Assembly: GCA_049317445.1 (NCBI GenBank) | Contig: JBMOIG010000002.1 | Location: 2,635 to 66,634 of the forward strand | Length of the DNA stretch: 64,000 nt | Direction of reading: 5' to 3' | DNA from: Myxococcota bacterium | GTDB taxonomy: Bacteria; Myxococcota_A; UBA9042 | Part shown: in pieces, positions 1-10,019 of the stretch | How the letters are laid out: each line of letters opens with the position of its first letter | How positions within the stretch are numbered: position 1 is the stretch's first letter | Notes under the pieces: model-generated | Told to the model about the DNA's origin: nothing | What the model saw: the letters and a program-made list of their open reading frames with translations, nothing else | The model's database searches: none | Translations under genes and position numbers: made by a program

Positions 1-1037
1 GCCCTCGCCCGGCGCGATCGGCAGCTTGCGATCCAAGTGGACCTGCACCAACGCGTCGGTTCCCGACAGCTGCGGCTCACCCGTCAGCTGCACGATCGTG
101 CCTTCCACCTGGGTGGTGCCTACGTGCAACATCGCACGCCGCCTCAGGGGCAGCTCGTCTCGACCCGGTCCCAGCAGGTGCAGCAGGGCGTCGATGCGGT
201 CGGTGACTGGCAGGCTCCCCTCGGTCGCCAGCACCGTCCCCAACGCCACTTCGTCTACCGATACGGCGGCCAGGTTGATCGCCAGGCGCCCGGGACCTCG
301 CACGGTCGCAAAAGCCTGCCCCTGCTGCTCCAGCCCACGCACCCGCACCAGCTGTCCGGAGGGAAGAACCTCAAGCTGCTGCTCGACTTGCACCTCGCCG
401 CCGGTCGCCGTTCCCGTAACGATGGTGCCCCGTCCATGCAGCGTGAAGGCCCGGTCGACCGCCAGCCGGAACGGGCGGTCATGGCCCAGGGCCGTCGCGT
501 GCTCCAGCTGCAGATCCGCTGCAAACGCAGACAGTTGCACCTGAAGCGCGGCGATCGAGGTCGGGTCGCGCACCGAGCAGGTCCACACCGGAGCCTCCGC
601 AAGGAAGGTGCCTTCGGTCAGTCCGGCGACGTCCTCGCGCACCAGCTCCAGCATCTCGTCGTCGACCAGATCTGCCTTGGTCAGCACCACCGCCCCACGG
701 CGCACGCCCAGCAGCCGGCAGATCGCCAGATGCTCGCGTCCCTGAGGCATCACGCCCTCGTCGGCGGCCACGATCAGCAGCACGGCATCGATGCCCGCCG
801 CCCCCGAGATCATCCGCCGCACGAACCGCTCGTGACCCGGCATGTCGACCAGGGCCAGTCGCGTCGAAGTCCCGTCGGCGCAAGGCAGATCCAGCCAGGC
901 GAACCCTAGCTCGATGCTGATGCCGCGGCGTTGCTCCTCTGGCAGGCGGTCGGTCTCGATGCCGGTCAGGGCGCGCACGAGCGAAGTCTTGCCGTGGTCC
1001 ACGTGGCCGGCCACGCCCAGCGTCAACACGTCTCCTC
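1..1037 (-). CDS. selB: Selenocysteine-specific elongation factor SelB, N-terminal ~345 aa; gene runs off the window start
   Basis: Minus-strand translation from GTG at 1035-1037, preceded by aaggagga, gives [45 protein letters not shown]...DMPGHERF...LTKADL. This is the GTP-binding G1-G4 motif set and domain order typical of SelB. No stop codon before position 1. Confidence 0.8.
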
Positions 1038-1057
1038 CTTGCCCAACCCGCTGATCT

Positions 1058-2179
1058 TCATGGGTCCTCGCGGATCAGCATCGCGTCGCCGTACGAGTAG
1101 AAGCGGTAACGCTCGGCCACGGCCTGTCGGTAGGCAGCAAGCACCCGCGACCTTCCGGCGAAGCTGCACACCAGCACCAGCAGGCTGGACTTCGGCAAGT
1201 GAAAGTTCGTCATCAGCCCGCGGATCCCGCCGAAGCGGTGGCCGGGCAGGATCGTCAGGTCGGCATCCCCACGGCTCTCGCGAAACACGCCGTCGTTGCG
1301 CGGGATCACGGTCTCCAGAGTTCGGGTGGTCGTCGTCCCCACCGCCACAATCGGCCGCCCAGCCCGCCGCGCCCGCTCCAGCTGCTCGGCTGCAAGCGCC
1401 CCGACGTCATACCGCTCTGGCAACACCGCGTGCTGCCTCAGATCGTCGGTTCGCACCGGCAGAAAGGTCCCCGGACCGACGTGCAGCGTGATCCGACACA
1501 GCTCGATGCCCGCGGTGGCGAGGTCCTGCAACAGCGCTTGCGACAGGTGCAATCCCGCCGTGGGAGCAGCGACGGCTCCCGGTCGGTCCGCGAACGTGCA
1601 TTGGTAGCGCGGCCTGTCGATCGAAGGGTCGTCCTTGCCGCCGCGAATGTATGGCGGCAGCGGCACATGGCCCCAGCCTTCCAGCAGGTCGGTCAGGGTC
1701 GCTACGCCCGCAAAGTCGACGCGCGCCTTGCCGCCCGCCTCGACCCCGATCACGCGGGCGGTGGGACCCGCCGTCACGCCGTCCAGAAGCAGCTTCTGCC
1801 CCACGTGCAGCCCCTTGCTCGACTTGACCAGCACCTCGTGGCCCGTGAGATCCGCGCCCTCGCCAGCGAACGGCCGGGTCAGCAGCAGCTCGACCTTGCC
1901 ACCGGTGTCCTTGTGCGCCAGCAGCCGCGCCGGCACCACCCGCGTGTCGTTGACCACCAGCAAGGTCCCCGGAGCCAGCAGCGTCGGCAAGTCAGCAACC
2001 CCTCGATGTTCCACGACGCCCGAACGCCGGTTGAGCACCAGCAGCCGGCTGGCATGACGCGGCTCGATCGGCGTCTGCGCGATCAGGTCGTCCGGCAGGT
2101 CGAAGTCGTAGTCGGCCAAGTCGTGCGAGAGGTCTTCGGCGGTGAGGTCGAGCAAGGCCGCGTCCGGGTTCTGGATCAT
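1058..2179 (-). CDS. queA: S-adenosylmethionine:tRNA ribosyltransferase-isomerase
   Basis: 373 aa; N-terminus MIQNPD...DYDFDLPDDLIAQTPIEPRHASRLLVL matches the QueA signature. Full-length ORF. Confidence 0.9.
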   Translation of the reverse strand: MIQNPDAALLDLTAEDLSHDLADYDFDLPDDLIAQTPIEPRHASRLLVLNRRSGVVEHRGVADLPTLLAPGTLLVVNDTRVVPARLLAHKDTGGKVELLLTRPFAGEGADLTGHEVLVKSSKGLHVGQKLLLDGVTAGPTARVIGVEAGGKARVDFAGVATLTDLLEGWGHVPLPPYIRGGKDDPSIDRPRYQCTFADRPGAVAAPTAGLHLSQALLQDLATAGIELCRITLHVGPGTFLPVRTDDLRQHAVLPERYDVGALAAEQLERARRAGRPIVAVGTTTTRTLETVIPRNDGVFRESRGDADLTILPGHRFGGIRGLMTNFHLPKSSLLVLVCSFAGRSRVLAAYRQAVAERYRFYSYGDAMLIREDP

Positions 2180-2763
2180 GGCGCACCGTCCCCTTGATCA
2201 TCCGCCGGGACGTCGCACGGCTGCAACAGGTCCAGCGTCGTCGAGCCGTAGCGCCGACGGTCCATCAAACGAAACCCAGGCGCCATCCAAGCTTCCTCCA
2301 GCCCGCGACGGCTCTCGACCAACAGCCGCCCTCCCGCTTCGATGAGGCGATGACGCGCCAGCGCCTGCAGGATCGGCGGGTACAACCCGGCATCGTAGGG
2401 CGGGTCGACATAGGCAAAGGCGAACTGCTCCCCCCGCTGTCCAAGTCGGTCCAGCACGGCCACCGCATCGCCCACCTGCACATCCAGACGATCGGCCAGT
2501 CGCGTGTGGTGGGCGTTGCGGCGCAGCACATCGAGGGCCACCGGGTCGCGTTCAATCGCCACCGCCCCCGCCCCACCGCGCGACAGGAATTCCAGCGACA
2601 TCGCGCCGGTACCCGCGCACACGTCCAGCAACCGCTCCCCGTAGAAGCGACCGCCCAGAATGCTCATCACTGCGCCTCGCAGCATGTCGGAGGACGGCCG
2701 AACGTCGCGTCCCGGCGGTGCCTCCAGGCGCATGCCCTTGCGTTCTCCCGCGATGATGCGCAT
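2176..2763 (-). CDS. rsmD: 16S rRNA (guanine966-N2)-methyltransferase RsmD family
   Basis: 195 aa; MRIIAGERKGMRL...RPSSDMLRGAVMSIL...LDVCAGTGAMSLEFLSRGA...VDPPY. Small SAM-MTase with the DPPY motif. Overlaps queA by 4 nt. Confidence 0.8.
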   Translation of the reverse strand: MRIIAGERKGMRLEAPPGRDVRPSSDMLRGAVMSILGGRFYGERLLDVCAGTGAMSLEFLSRGGAGAVAIERDPVALDVLRRNAHHTRLADRLDVQVGDAVAVLDRLGQRGEQFAFAYVDPPYDAGLYPPILQALARHRLIEAGGRLLVESRRGLEEAWMAPGFRLMDRRRYGSTTLDLLQPCDVPADDQGDGAP

Positions 2764-2874
2764 GGTCGCTTCCCGGCCTCAAACGGAGCGACAGGCTCCG
2801 CGGCGCCGCCGAGGTTGCCACGGAAGGTCGCGGTCGGCCAGCGGGTGCCGGGTCCGGCGACGGAAGGAAGCGGG

Positions 2875-3844
2875 CATGCAAGGGATTCTGGCCCATCGAA
2901 TCCTCGGTTGGCTGTCTGTCATCGCGACGGTCGTCGTCGTGTCCAGCTGCTCACGCGACCCGACGCCCGACAGCACGCCTGTCTCTGCCGCTGCGCGCCC
3001 CGCTGCCGATGCGGACGTACAGCGCACGCGTCAGGCTGCCGTGACGATCCGGTTCACCTCCGGGCAGCTCGAACCGGGCAGTGTCGCGCTGGGCGCCGAC
3101 CGCTTGCAGGTCGCCGCAGTGTTCGCCGACATCGATCGCCGCGACGTCATCTTTCTGGGCGATCTGGTGGGCCAATCGCTCGAGGCCCCCGCCGTGCCCG
3201 CCGTCGACACCTGCGTGCGTCAGGCAGGGCTGTTACATCAGTTGGATGGGCGCCCGGGAACGCCGCCGCACGCTTGGGCGCAGCTGCTGGACGTCGGCAA
3301 CGTCGCTTTGCGCGCACGCGAATCGGAATTGCCCTTGCGGGTCCAGATGGTCCCCAGCCTGTTCGCGTCCGTGCGCGGCGTGCGTTACGACGCCGATCTG
3401 GACATGGGCCGCCCTTGGCTGGCGATGGGAGAACTGTCGCTGGCGGCGACGGGGGGCGACGGGATTGCGCCCTTCCAAGCCACCGTGACCGTGCCCCGTC
3501 CGGTGCGGCTGACGTATGTGGGCAACGCGCCAGTGCGAGGGGGACGGGTGACGCTTCCCAAGGACGGCGAGGAGCTTCTGCTGCGCTGGGGGTCCGTAGA
3601 CGGTTCAGCCGAACTCGAAGTCCAGCTGGGCGCAGAGCTGCCCGGCGGTCTGGGCTGGCTCCGCTGCCGACTGCAGGACGACGGGGCGTTCACCGTTCCG
3701 GCCGAGCTGGCGGCGGCGCTGCCCCTACGCGGGCCCGACAAGCCTTGGCTGATCATGGTGATTCGGTCGCGTGAGGCCAAAGTGCCCGGCTTCGGTGGCA
3801 GGCCCCTGCGTCTGGAATTGACGGACCGCGCCTACGTCTACTGA
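2875..3844 (+). CDS. Hypothetical lipoprotein
   Basis: ATG at 2875 gives MQGILAHRILGWLSVIATVVVVSSC (signal plus lipobox VSSC). No recognisable catalytic motifs. The longer ORF from 2660 overlaps rsmD in antisense and is unlikely. Confidence 0.5.
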
Positions 3845-3875
3845 ACGCCGGCGCGTGAAGGCACCGGAGGCATGT

Positions 3876-4922
3876 ATGTCCTCGAAACCGCTGACCTATG
3901 CTGATGCCGGGGTTGATCTCGACCGGGCCAGCGCGTTCATCGATCGCATCACCCCGCTGGCGCAAAGCACCCGCCGCCCCGGGGTATTGGGCGGTTTGGG
4001 CGGATTTGGCGGCCTGTTTCAGCTGGGGCGCGGCTGGAAGGACCCCGTCCTCGTCTCAGGCACCGACGGCGTCGGAACCAAGCTGGCGGTGGCCATCGCC
4101 GCCGGACGCCACTTCGGCATCGGCATCGATCTGGTCGCGATGTGCGTCAACGACATCCTGTGCCACGGCGCGGAGCCCCTGTTCTTCCTGGACTATTTCG
4201 CCACGGGCCGCTTGAACGTCGAGGTCGCCGCGCAGGTAGTCGCCGGCATCGCCCAAGGCTGCCGCGAGGCGGGTTGTGCGTTGATCGGCGGCGAGACAGC
4301 CGAGCTGCCCGGCGTGTTCACGGGCAACGGCTACGAGGTGGCCGGGTTCGCCTTGGGTGCGGTCGAGCGCGATCGGTTGATCGATGGCCGCCAAGTCATG
4401 CCCGGCGACGTGGTGGTCGGGCTGGCCTCCAACGGCTTGCACGCCAACGGCTTTTCACTCGCTCGCAAGGCCCTGTTCGAGGTCCTGCAGCGCGACCCGG
4501 CCGGCCCGGCGTTCGGAGACTTCGCGGACCTCGCGGCGGAAATGCTTGCGCCGACGCGCATCTACGTCCGTCCCGTGCTGGACCTGCTGGCCGACCAGCC
4601 GGTGCACGCCATCGCCCACATCACGGGCGGTGGGCTGGTCGAAAATGTGCCACGGGTGCTGCCGACGGGCTGCCGGGCGATGCTTGACCGCGCAAACTGG
4701 CCCGAGCCGCCGATTTTCGGTGCGATTCGGTCCGCCGGCGTCCCAGAGACCGAGCTGCAGCGCGTCTTCAATCTGGGCATCGGTCTGGTGCTTGTCGTGC
4801 CCCTGGAACGCGCTGCAGCAACGCTGGAGCGTCTAGCTGCCAGCGGAGAGCGCGCTTGGGCCATCGGCTCCATCGCGTCGGGAGTCCAAGGGTGCGATTT
4901 GGTGGGTCCACAGGCGTCGTGA
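3876..4922 (+). CDS. purM: Phosphoribosylformylglycinamidine cyclo-ligase (AIR synthetase)
   Basis: MSSKPLTYADAGVDLD...VSGTDGVGTKL...DYFATGRL matches PurM family motifs. ggagg RBS lies 5 nt upstream of ATG 3876. Confidence 0.9.
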   Translation: MSSKPLTYADAGVDLDRASAFIDRITPLAQSTRRPGVLGGLGGFGGLFQLGRGWKDPVLVSGTDGVGTKLAVAIAAGRHFGIGIDLVAMCVNDILCHGAEPLFFLDYFATGRLNVEVAAQVVAGIAQGCREAGCALIGGETAELPGVFTGNGYEVAGFALGAVERDRLIDGRQVMPGDVVVGLASNGLHANGFSLARKALFEVLQRDPAGPAFGDFADLAAEMLAPTRIYVRPVLDLLADQPVHAIAHITGGGLVENVPRVLPTGCRAMLDRANWPEPPIFGAIRSAGVPETELQRVFNLGIGLVLVVPLERAAATLERLAASGERAWAIGSIASGVQGCDLVGPQAS

Positions 4923-5040
4923 ACCGGCAGGATCCACTGCCGGCGCCGGTTCGGTGCGGGAATGTTTCGCCTCCGCCGCGGTTCGGGTAGGCTTGCGCCG
5001 CTTTCGATCCGCTTCGGTGGCATCAGGCCCTCAACTCCGA

Positions 5041-6549
5041 GTGAACCAGACCAACGTGACGTCCACCCACGCCCACTATCAGGTCGTCATCGTCGGCACT
5101 GACCTCGCAGGTCTGGTGTTGGGCGCCTTGTGCGCCAAGAAGGGCTATCGGGTTCTGGTGGTCGGTCAGGGCAGCCAAGGCAACCTGTACGAGCACGGCG
5201 GCTACACCATGTGTCGGCGCCCCGAGCTGGTGCACGGTCTGGCCAGCCCGCCAGTGCGGCGCGTCTTCGAAGAACTCAGTCTCGGCCTTGAGTTGCGCAA
5301 CCTGCCCAAGCCGATCGAGCCTGCGTTCCAAGTTGTGCTGCCGCGCTCCCGCATCAACGCCTCGACCGACCCGCGGCTGTTCGAGCGCGAGTTGCAGCGC
5401 GAATTCCCCAACGATGCGAAAGACATCGCGACGTTCTTCCGTCGCGTTCGCGAAATTGATGAGGAAGTCGAAGAGCTTCTGAAGCTGCGCCCGAATCTGC
5501 CCCCAGTCGGCGTGGTCGAGACCTTCAAGTTCCGCCGTCTCGTCAAGCGCTTCCCGTTTCTCGATGACGAGTGGGCCATCGAGGACCCGCTGTCGATCTT
5601 CCCCCACGGCCACCCGTTTCGCGCGTTTGCCCTCGCGGCTTTCCGCTTTACCTGTGGGATGTTGCCGGCGCGCCCGTACCCGGCGACCTTCGTGAGGTCG
5701 ATCACCGAGCTATTCAAGGGCGCGTGGACCTTCGACCAAGGGCCCAACACCCTGCGCAGCCTGTTCCTGAACATGATCGCGGCCGGAGGCGACGTCCTGC
5801 CTCGCGGATATGTACAACAGGTCGAGGTACAGCGCGGCAAAGCCACCCAAGTGGTCCTGCGCGACAAGCGCCAGATCGGCTGCGACCTGTTGGTCTGCAA
5901 CACCGACCCCAAGCGGTTTGCGGCGCTGATCCCGCAAGAACAGCAGAACGACGAGTACCACCACACGATCCACACGCTGCAGCCCGTCTACTACACGTTC
6001 GTGGGCAACTTTGTGGTGCGCGCTCGGGCAATCCCCGAAGCGATGGCCCGCCACGTGTTCGCCGTCGCCGACCTGACGCAGCCGCTTGAGGAAGACAACT
6101 TGGTGCACATCGCCCGGGACCTTGACGTCGCCGTGGCCACCGACGACCGCGAAGTCCGCTTGGTGACGGCGGCCATGCGCGTGCCGTTGAATGCCGCCTC
6201 GGGCGGTGTAGCGGCCGCAGAGGTCCTGCTGGATCGCTTGCAGCGGCGGGTCGAGGACACCCTGCCGTTCCTGGGTGAGCACCTCCTTGCGCGGCACACC
6301 CCGTGGGTGCGCACTGGCGACGACGCCGGCGACGAGGACGTCGACCCCAACGAGCTTCAGCCCGCCTACGGAGAAGCCATCCCGCACACGCTCGGAACGA
6401 GTCCCATCGCCACGGCGACCGGATATCGCAACATCCTCATGGGCTCCGACGCCGCATTTGCCGGTCTGGGCACCGACGGCCCCTACGTCGCAGCGCTGAA
6501 CATGTTTGGTCAGGTGCTCGAGCGCGTGCCGCTCAAGAGCGTCTTCTGA
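5041..6549 (+). CDS. FAD/NAD(P)-binding oxidoreductase (phytoene-desaturase/amine-oxidase-like family)
   Basis: N-terminal Rossmann dinucleotide motif YQVVIVGTDLAGLVLGALCAKKGYRVLVVGQG. Start placed at GTG 5041 so the GxGxxG motif sits near the N-terminus. Start uncertain (ORF is open from 4954). Confidence 0.55.
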   Translation: MNQTNVTSTHAHYQVVIVGTDLAGLVLGALCAKKGYRVLVVGQGSQGNLYEHGGYTMCRRPELVHGLASPPVRRVFEELSLGLELRNLPKPIEPAFQVVLPRSRINASTDPRLFERELQREFPNDAKDIATFFRRVREIDEEVEELLKLRPNLPPVGVVETFKFRRLVKRFPFLDDEWAIEDPLSIFPHGHPFRAFALAAFRFTCGMLPARPYPATFVRSITELFKGAWTFDQGPNTLRSLFLNMIAAGGDVLPRGYVQQVEVQRGKATQVVLRDKRQIGCDLLVCNTDPKRFAALIPQEQQNDEYHHTIHTLQPVYYTFVGNFVVRARAIPEAMARHVFAVADLTQPLEEDNLVHIARDLDVAVATDDREVRLVTAAMRVPLNAASGGVAAAEVLLDRLQRRVEDTLPFLGEHLLARHTPWVRTGDDAGDEDVDPNELQPAYGEAIPHTLGTSPIATATGYRNILMGSDAAFAGLGTDGPYVAALNMFGQVLERVPLKSVF

Positions 6550-6607
6550 CCCGCCCCGTGCCCCCGCCAGCCGCCGACAAGTGCCCGGCGCACCCAGGAC
6601 AGCACCC

Positions 6608-8242
6608 ATGACACGCGCGTCCCGACTCTCCCCCCTCCGACGCCTCAGCCTTTGGGCTGTCGTCTCAGCAGTGTGCTGCGTATCGACCGCAGCGGTCGGC
6701 GACCCCGCCGCCACCTCTGCCGTCACCGACGATGCAGCAGACGCCGCCCCACTGGTCCCCCCGCTCGCGCCGCCAATGAACGAGCCCCTGGTGCCGCCCG
6801 CCGACACCCCTCCGCCTGAGGCCGCGCCGTCCGAAGACGAACCGATGGAGCCCGCAGGCCCGGATGCCCCCTTGGTGCAGCCCGTGGTGTCGCCCCTTGG
6901 GGGCCGCATCCTGCGTTGCAACCACGAACAGTGTACCCAGCGCGCCATCCGCCGCTCGCCGCTCGTCCGCGCCGCTTCGCTCAGCTTCGACTCGTACGCC
7001 GCCAAGTTTCGAGAAGCCAGAGCCGCCCGGTGGCCCAAGATCACGATGACCGGCTTCTTCTCGATCCTGCCCACGCTCAAGGAGAACCGCGACGGCTCTG
7101 CCCCTTGGAGCGATTACGACTTCTCGCTCAACAAGCTGGGTCCGTTGGCCGTGACCGAAGTGTCCGTGACGCAACCGCTTTACACCTTCGGCAAGCTGGA
7201 CATCCTGCGCCGCCTTGCCAGCCAGGGCGTCGAGATCGGCAAGGCGACGCGGCGGATCGCCGAAGACGAGATGCGCTATCAGGTCGCCCGCGCCTATTGG
7301 GGGCTGGTGCTGATCGCGGCCATGGACGACATGATCCGCGACGGCAAGAAGATGATGGTCGAGCAGCGAGAGAAGCTGGAGAAGCAGCGCGACGAGGGCG
7401 ACGAGAAGTTCAACCAGTCCGATCTGGCCAAGCTGCAGATGTACACGGCGGATTTCGAGGACAAGATCCGAGTGACCGAGCGCTCACGGGCTCAGGCGAT
7501 GGACGGTTTGCGAATGGCGATGGACGACGGCACCGACGTCGTCATCGTGCCGCGGGACACCGACCTCAAGCCGATCCTGTTCAACATCCTGCCCACCGAA
7601 GCCTATGAGACGACCGCACTGGCCAACCACCCGCGCCTGATTGCGATGCGCCACGGTGTGTCGGCCCGGCTGCAGCAAGTCGAGCTCGCAAAGGCCAATC
7701 TGCTCCCGGACTTCGCAGCGGTTGCTCGACTCGCCGGCACCTACGCCCCGACCCGCGATACGGACACCAGCTCCATCGCCTCGAACCCCAACAACATCGC
7801 GCAAAGCGGCGCTGGCATCGCGGTGAGCTGGAGCCTCGACATCTTCCGCAACATCGTGAAGCTCAAGCAGGCGCGCATCGATCTGGCCACCCAGACGGCG
7901 CAAGAGCGTGGCGAACGCGAGAAGTTGCGCATGGAAGTTCGCCAGTTGTACCGCGAGCTGGTCGACGCCCGCGCCATGCTGCCGATTCACGAGCAGGCGA
8001 TGAAGGCCGCCCGAGGCACGCTGAACGCCGAAAACGAGATGTACGAGAACGGGTTTCAGGAGTTCGCTCCGGTCCTCTCTGCGCTCGAAGCCTACTATCG
8101 ACGCCGGATCGCTTGGTTGGACGCGATGTACAACCACAACCTTGCCGTCGCAGCCCTTTCGCGCGCCGTCGGCATGGACGTGACCCATGTCGAGACCGTT
8201 CACGTCCCTGCCCCTGCAACCGACGCACCGCCCGCCAAGTGA
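6608..8242 (+). CDS. TolC-family outer-membrane efflux protein
   Basis: ATG 6608 gives a signal peptide (MTRASRLSPLRRLSLWAVVSAVCC...). Two coiled-coil/beta repeats with conserved LYTFGKLD...RYQVARAYWGL and LLPDFAAVARLAGTYAP...IAVSWSLDIF, characteristic of outer-membrane factor (TolC-like) proteins. Confidence 0.7.
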   Translation: MTRASRLSPLRRLSLWAVVSAVCCVSTAAVGDPAATSAVTDDAADAAPLVPPLAPPMNEPLVPPADTPPPEAAPSEDEPMEPAGPDAPLVQPVVSPLGGRILRCNHEQCTQRAIRRSPLVRAASLSFDSYAAKFREARAARWPKITMTGFFSILPTLKENRDGSAPWSDYDFSLNKLGPLAVTEVSVTQPLYTFGKLDILRRLASQGVEIGKATRRIAEDEMRYQVARAYWGLVLIAAMDDMIRDGKKMMVEQREKLEKQRDEGDEKFNQSDLAKLQMYTADFEDKIRVTERSRAQAMDGLRMAMDDGTDVVIVPRDTDLKPILFNILPTEAYETTALANHPRLIAMRHGVSARLQQVELAKANLLPDFAAVARLAGTYAPTRDTDTSSIASNPNNIAQSGAGIAVSWSLDIFRNIVKLKQARIDLATQTAQERGEREKLRMEVRQLYRELVDARAMLPIHEQAMKAARGTLNAENEMYENGFQEFAPVLSALEAYYRRRIAWLDAMYNHNLAVAALSRAVGMDVTHVETVHVPAPATDAPPAK

Positions 8243-8311
8243 ATGCTGCCGGACCCGCTTGCGTTGCAGCCACCAGGAGACCAGACCGCCCCCGCCCTCA
8301 GAAGGAGTCCC

Positions 8312-9001
8312 ATGCTCACCCCAGCCCGCCACCGTCCGCAGCTCACCGTTGTGCTGCTGACCATCTGCAGCCTCGCAGTCGCTTTCAACGCCCACGCCGC
8401 CAAGCCGAAGACCAAGACGAAGCCCGCAGAGGCCGTTCCTGCCCAGCCTGCCCCTGAAGCCAAGCCCGCAGGCAACCCGGGGGACCCGCAGAAGTTCATC
8501 TCCGGCCTGTACGACCGACTGAATCAGCTGAGCCAGAAGGCGCCCAACCTCGACGTGCTCCACAGCCAAATCGGCAAGGAATTGAACACTATCGTCGACT
8601 ACACCGAGATGGCGCGCCTGACGCTGGGGGCCAAGTGGGATGAGGTCACGCCTGTGCAACGCACCGAGTTCACCGACCTGCTCGCCAAAATGGTGCTGAA
8701 CACCTACGTCCGCAGGTTCAAGCCGGGCAGCGCTGTCGAGATCGCTTGGGGTGCCGCGCCCAAGACGCTGTCCGAAGGCAAGGTCAAGATCACCAGCACC
8801 ATCACCGTGAAGAAGACCTCGGCCGACGTGCAGTACGCCCTGCTGCCCCGCGGAGGCCAGTGGTGGGTCTACGACATCGTGGTGGACGACGCGAGCCAGG
8901 TGCAGACCTATCGGCAGTCGTTCAAGAAGATTCTGGACAAGGAAGGTTGGCCTGGCCTGGTGCAGCGGATGCGCAAGGCCGGCCAGAAGAAGGCCGGATG
9001 A
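8312..9001 (+). CDS. mlaC: MlaC/Ttg2D-family periplasmic phospholipid-binding protein
   Basis: gaaggag RBS then ATG 8312; signal peptide MLTPARHRPQLTVVLLTICSLAVAFNAHA. Body (IVDYTEMARLTLGAKWDEVTPVQRTEFTDLLAKMVLNTYVRRF...WWVYDIVVDDASQVQTYRQSFKKIL) matches MlaC domain conservation. Confidence 0.65.
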   Translation: MLTPARHRPQLTVVLLTICSLAVAFNAHAAKPKTKTKPAEAVPAQPAPEAKPAGNPGDPQKFISGLYDRLNQLSQKAPNLDVLHSQIGKELNTIVDYTEMARLTLGAKWDEVTPVQRTEFTDLLAKMVLNTYVRRFKPGSAVEIAWGAAPKTLSEGKVKITSTITVKKTSADVQYALLPRGGQWWVYDIVVDDASQVQTYRQSFKKILDKEGWPGLVQRMRKAGQKKAG

Positions 9002-9909
9002 CCCGACTCGCAGCGGTGTGCCGCCTCCCCCTGGTTCGCGTGGCCGGCTTGCTGGCGTCCGCTGCCGTGCTCGTCGGCTTTGGCCCGGTGCGCCCCCCGG
9101 CTGCGGGCTTTGCATCCCTCGGTTCGGCCGATGCGCTCGCGGCTGCCGGGTCCGGAGCGGCTGCGTTGTACGCCAACCCGGCCAGCATGATCCAACTACG
9201 TCAGAACACGATCGAATTTGGTGTAACGCGGGCACCGCTGGACGGTCGCACGCCGCTCTATGTCACGTCCGTGGACGCCACCTCGGGCTGGGGAATCGCG
9301 GGCGGCATCGGCTACAGCTACGACACCGACTGGACGCTGTCGAAAGGCACCCGAGGCGGCACCGATCTGCGACTCGGACTTGCGGCCGCGATGGAGGGCG
9401 ACAGCGCCCGCGTGATGGTCGGGGCCTCGGCGCGGCGCATGGACATCACGACCGAAGACCCTGCGGGAAACCGACGCGACGTAGCCGGCTGGACCGGCGA
9501 CGCCGGCGTGACCATCGCTCTGGGCGGCTTGCGACTGGCGGGCGTCGTGCGCAACGGTCTGGCGCTCGACCCCGTGGAAGCCCCCCGCCGAGTCGTCGCC
9601 GGCATCGCTCTGGTGCAACAGAGCTTCCTGATCGAAGGCGACGGTTCCTGGGGGCTTGAAGATGGCGCCCAACCCGCCGTGCGCGTCGGTGCAGCATGGC
9701 AACCGACGGACGAGGGCCTTCAGTTGCGCGCTGGCTATGCGTTTGACGACGCCGACGCTTCGCGACGATCGCGGCATTGGGTCACCGCAGGACTCGCCTG
9801 GAACACGGCCACGATCGGACTGGGTGCCGCTGCCGCCTTCGATGTGGAGCAAGCCCAGGACTTTACAGCGACGGTCGGATTCGTCTGGCAAGTCCCTTTC
9901 GACCTGTAA
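8998..9909 (+). CDS. Hypothetical secreted/outer-membrane protein (possible beta-barrel)
   Basis: ATG 8998 overlaps the mlaC stop (ATGA). Signal peptide MTRLAAVCRLPLVRVAGLLASAAVLVG. Alternating hydrophobic pattern; C-terminal ...GFVWQVPFDL. Confidence 0.45.
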   Translation: MTRLAAVCRLPLVRVAGLLASAAVLVGFGPVRPPAAGFASLGSADALAAAGSGAAALYANPASMIQLRQNTIEFGVTRAPLDGRTPLYVTSVDATSGWGIAGGIGYSYDTDWTLSKGTRGGTDLRLGLAAAMEGDSARVMVGASARRMDITTEDPAGNRRDVAGWTGDAGVTIALGGLRLAGVVRNGLALDPVEAPRRVVAGIALVQQSFLIEGDGSWGLEDGAQPAVRVGAAWQPTDEGLQLRAGYAFDDADASRRSRHWVTAGLAWNTATIGLGAAAAFDVEQAQDFTATVGFVWQVPFDL

Positions 9910-10019
9910 CGATTCGGCAAACGCGCCAAGCTGTGCTACTGTCGCCGCACGCTCTCATGAACGCTTCGTGAGAGTGACAACCGCGCCGGACAACGGTGCC
10001 AGGAAATGGGTACGTGCAG

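Noticed and set aside
2660-2874. 5' extension of the lipoprotein ORF (MLITAPRSMSEDGRTSRPGG…)
   Set aside because: It overlaps the rsmD coding region on the opposite strand and precedes a much better start with a signal peptide at 2875.
5710-7080. 456-aa minus-strand ORF and 7484-9235 583-aa minus-strand ORF
   Set aside because: Antisense to the FAD oxidoreductase, TolC-like and MlaC genes. No motifs, low-complexity.
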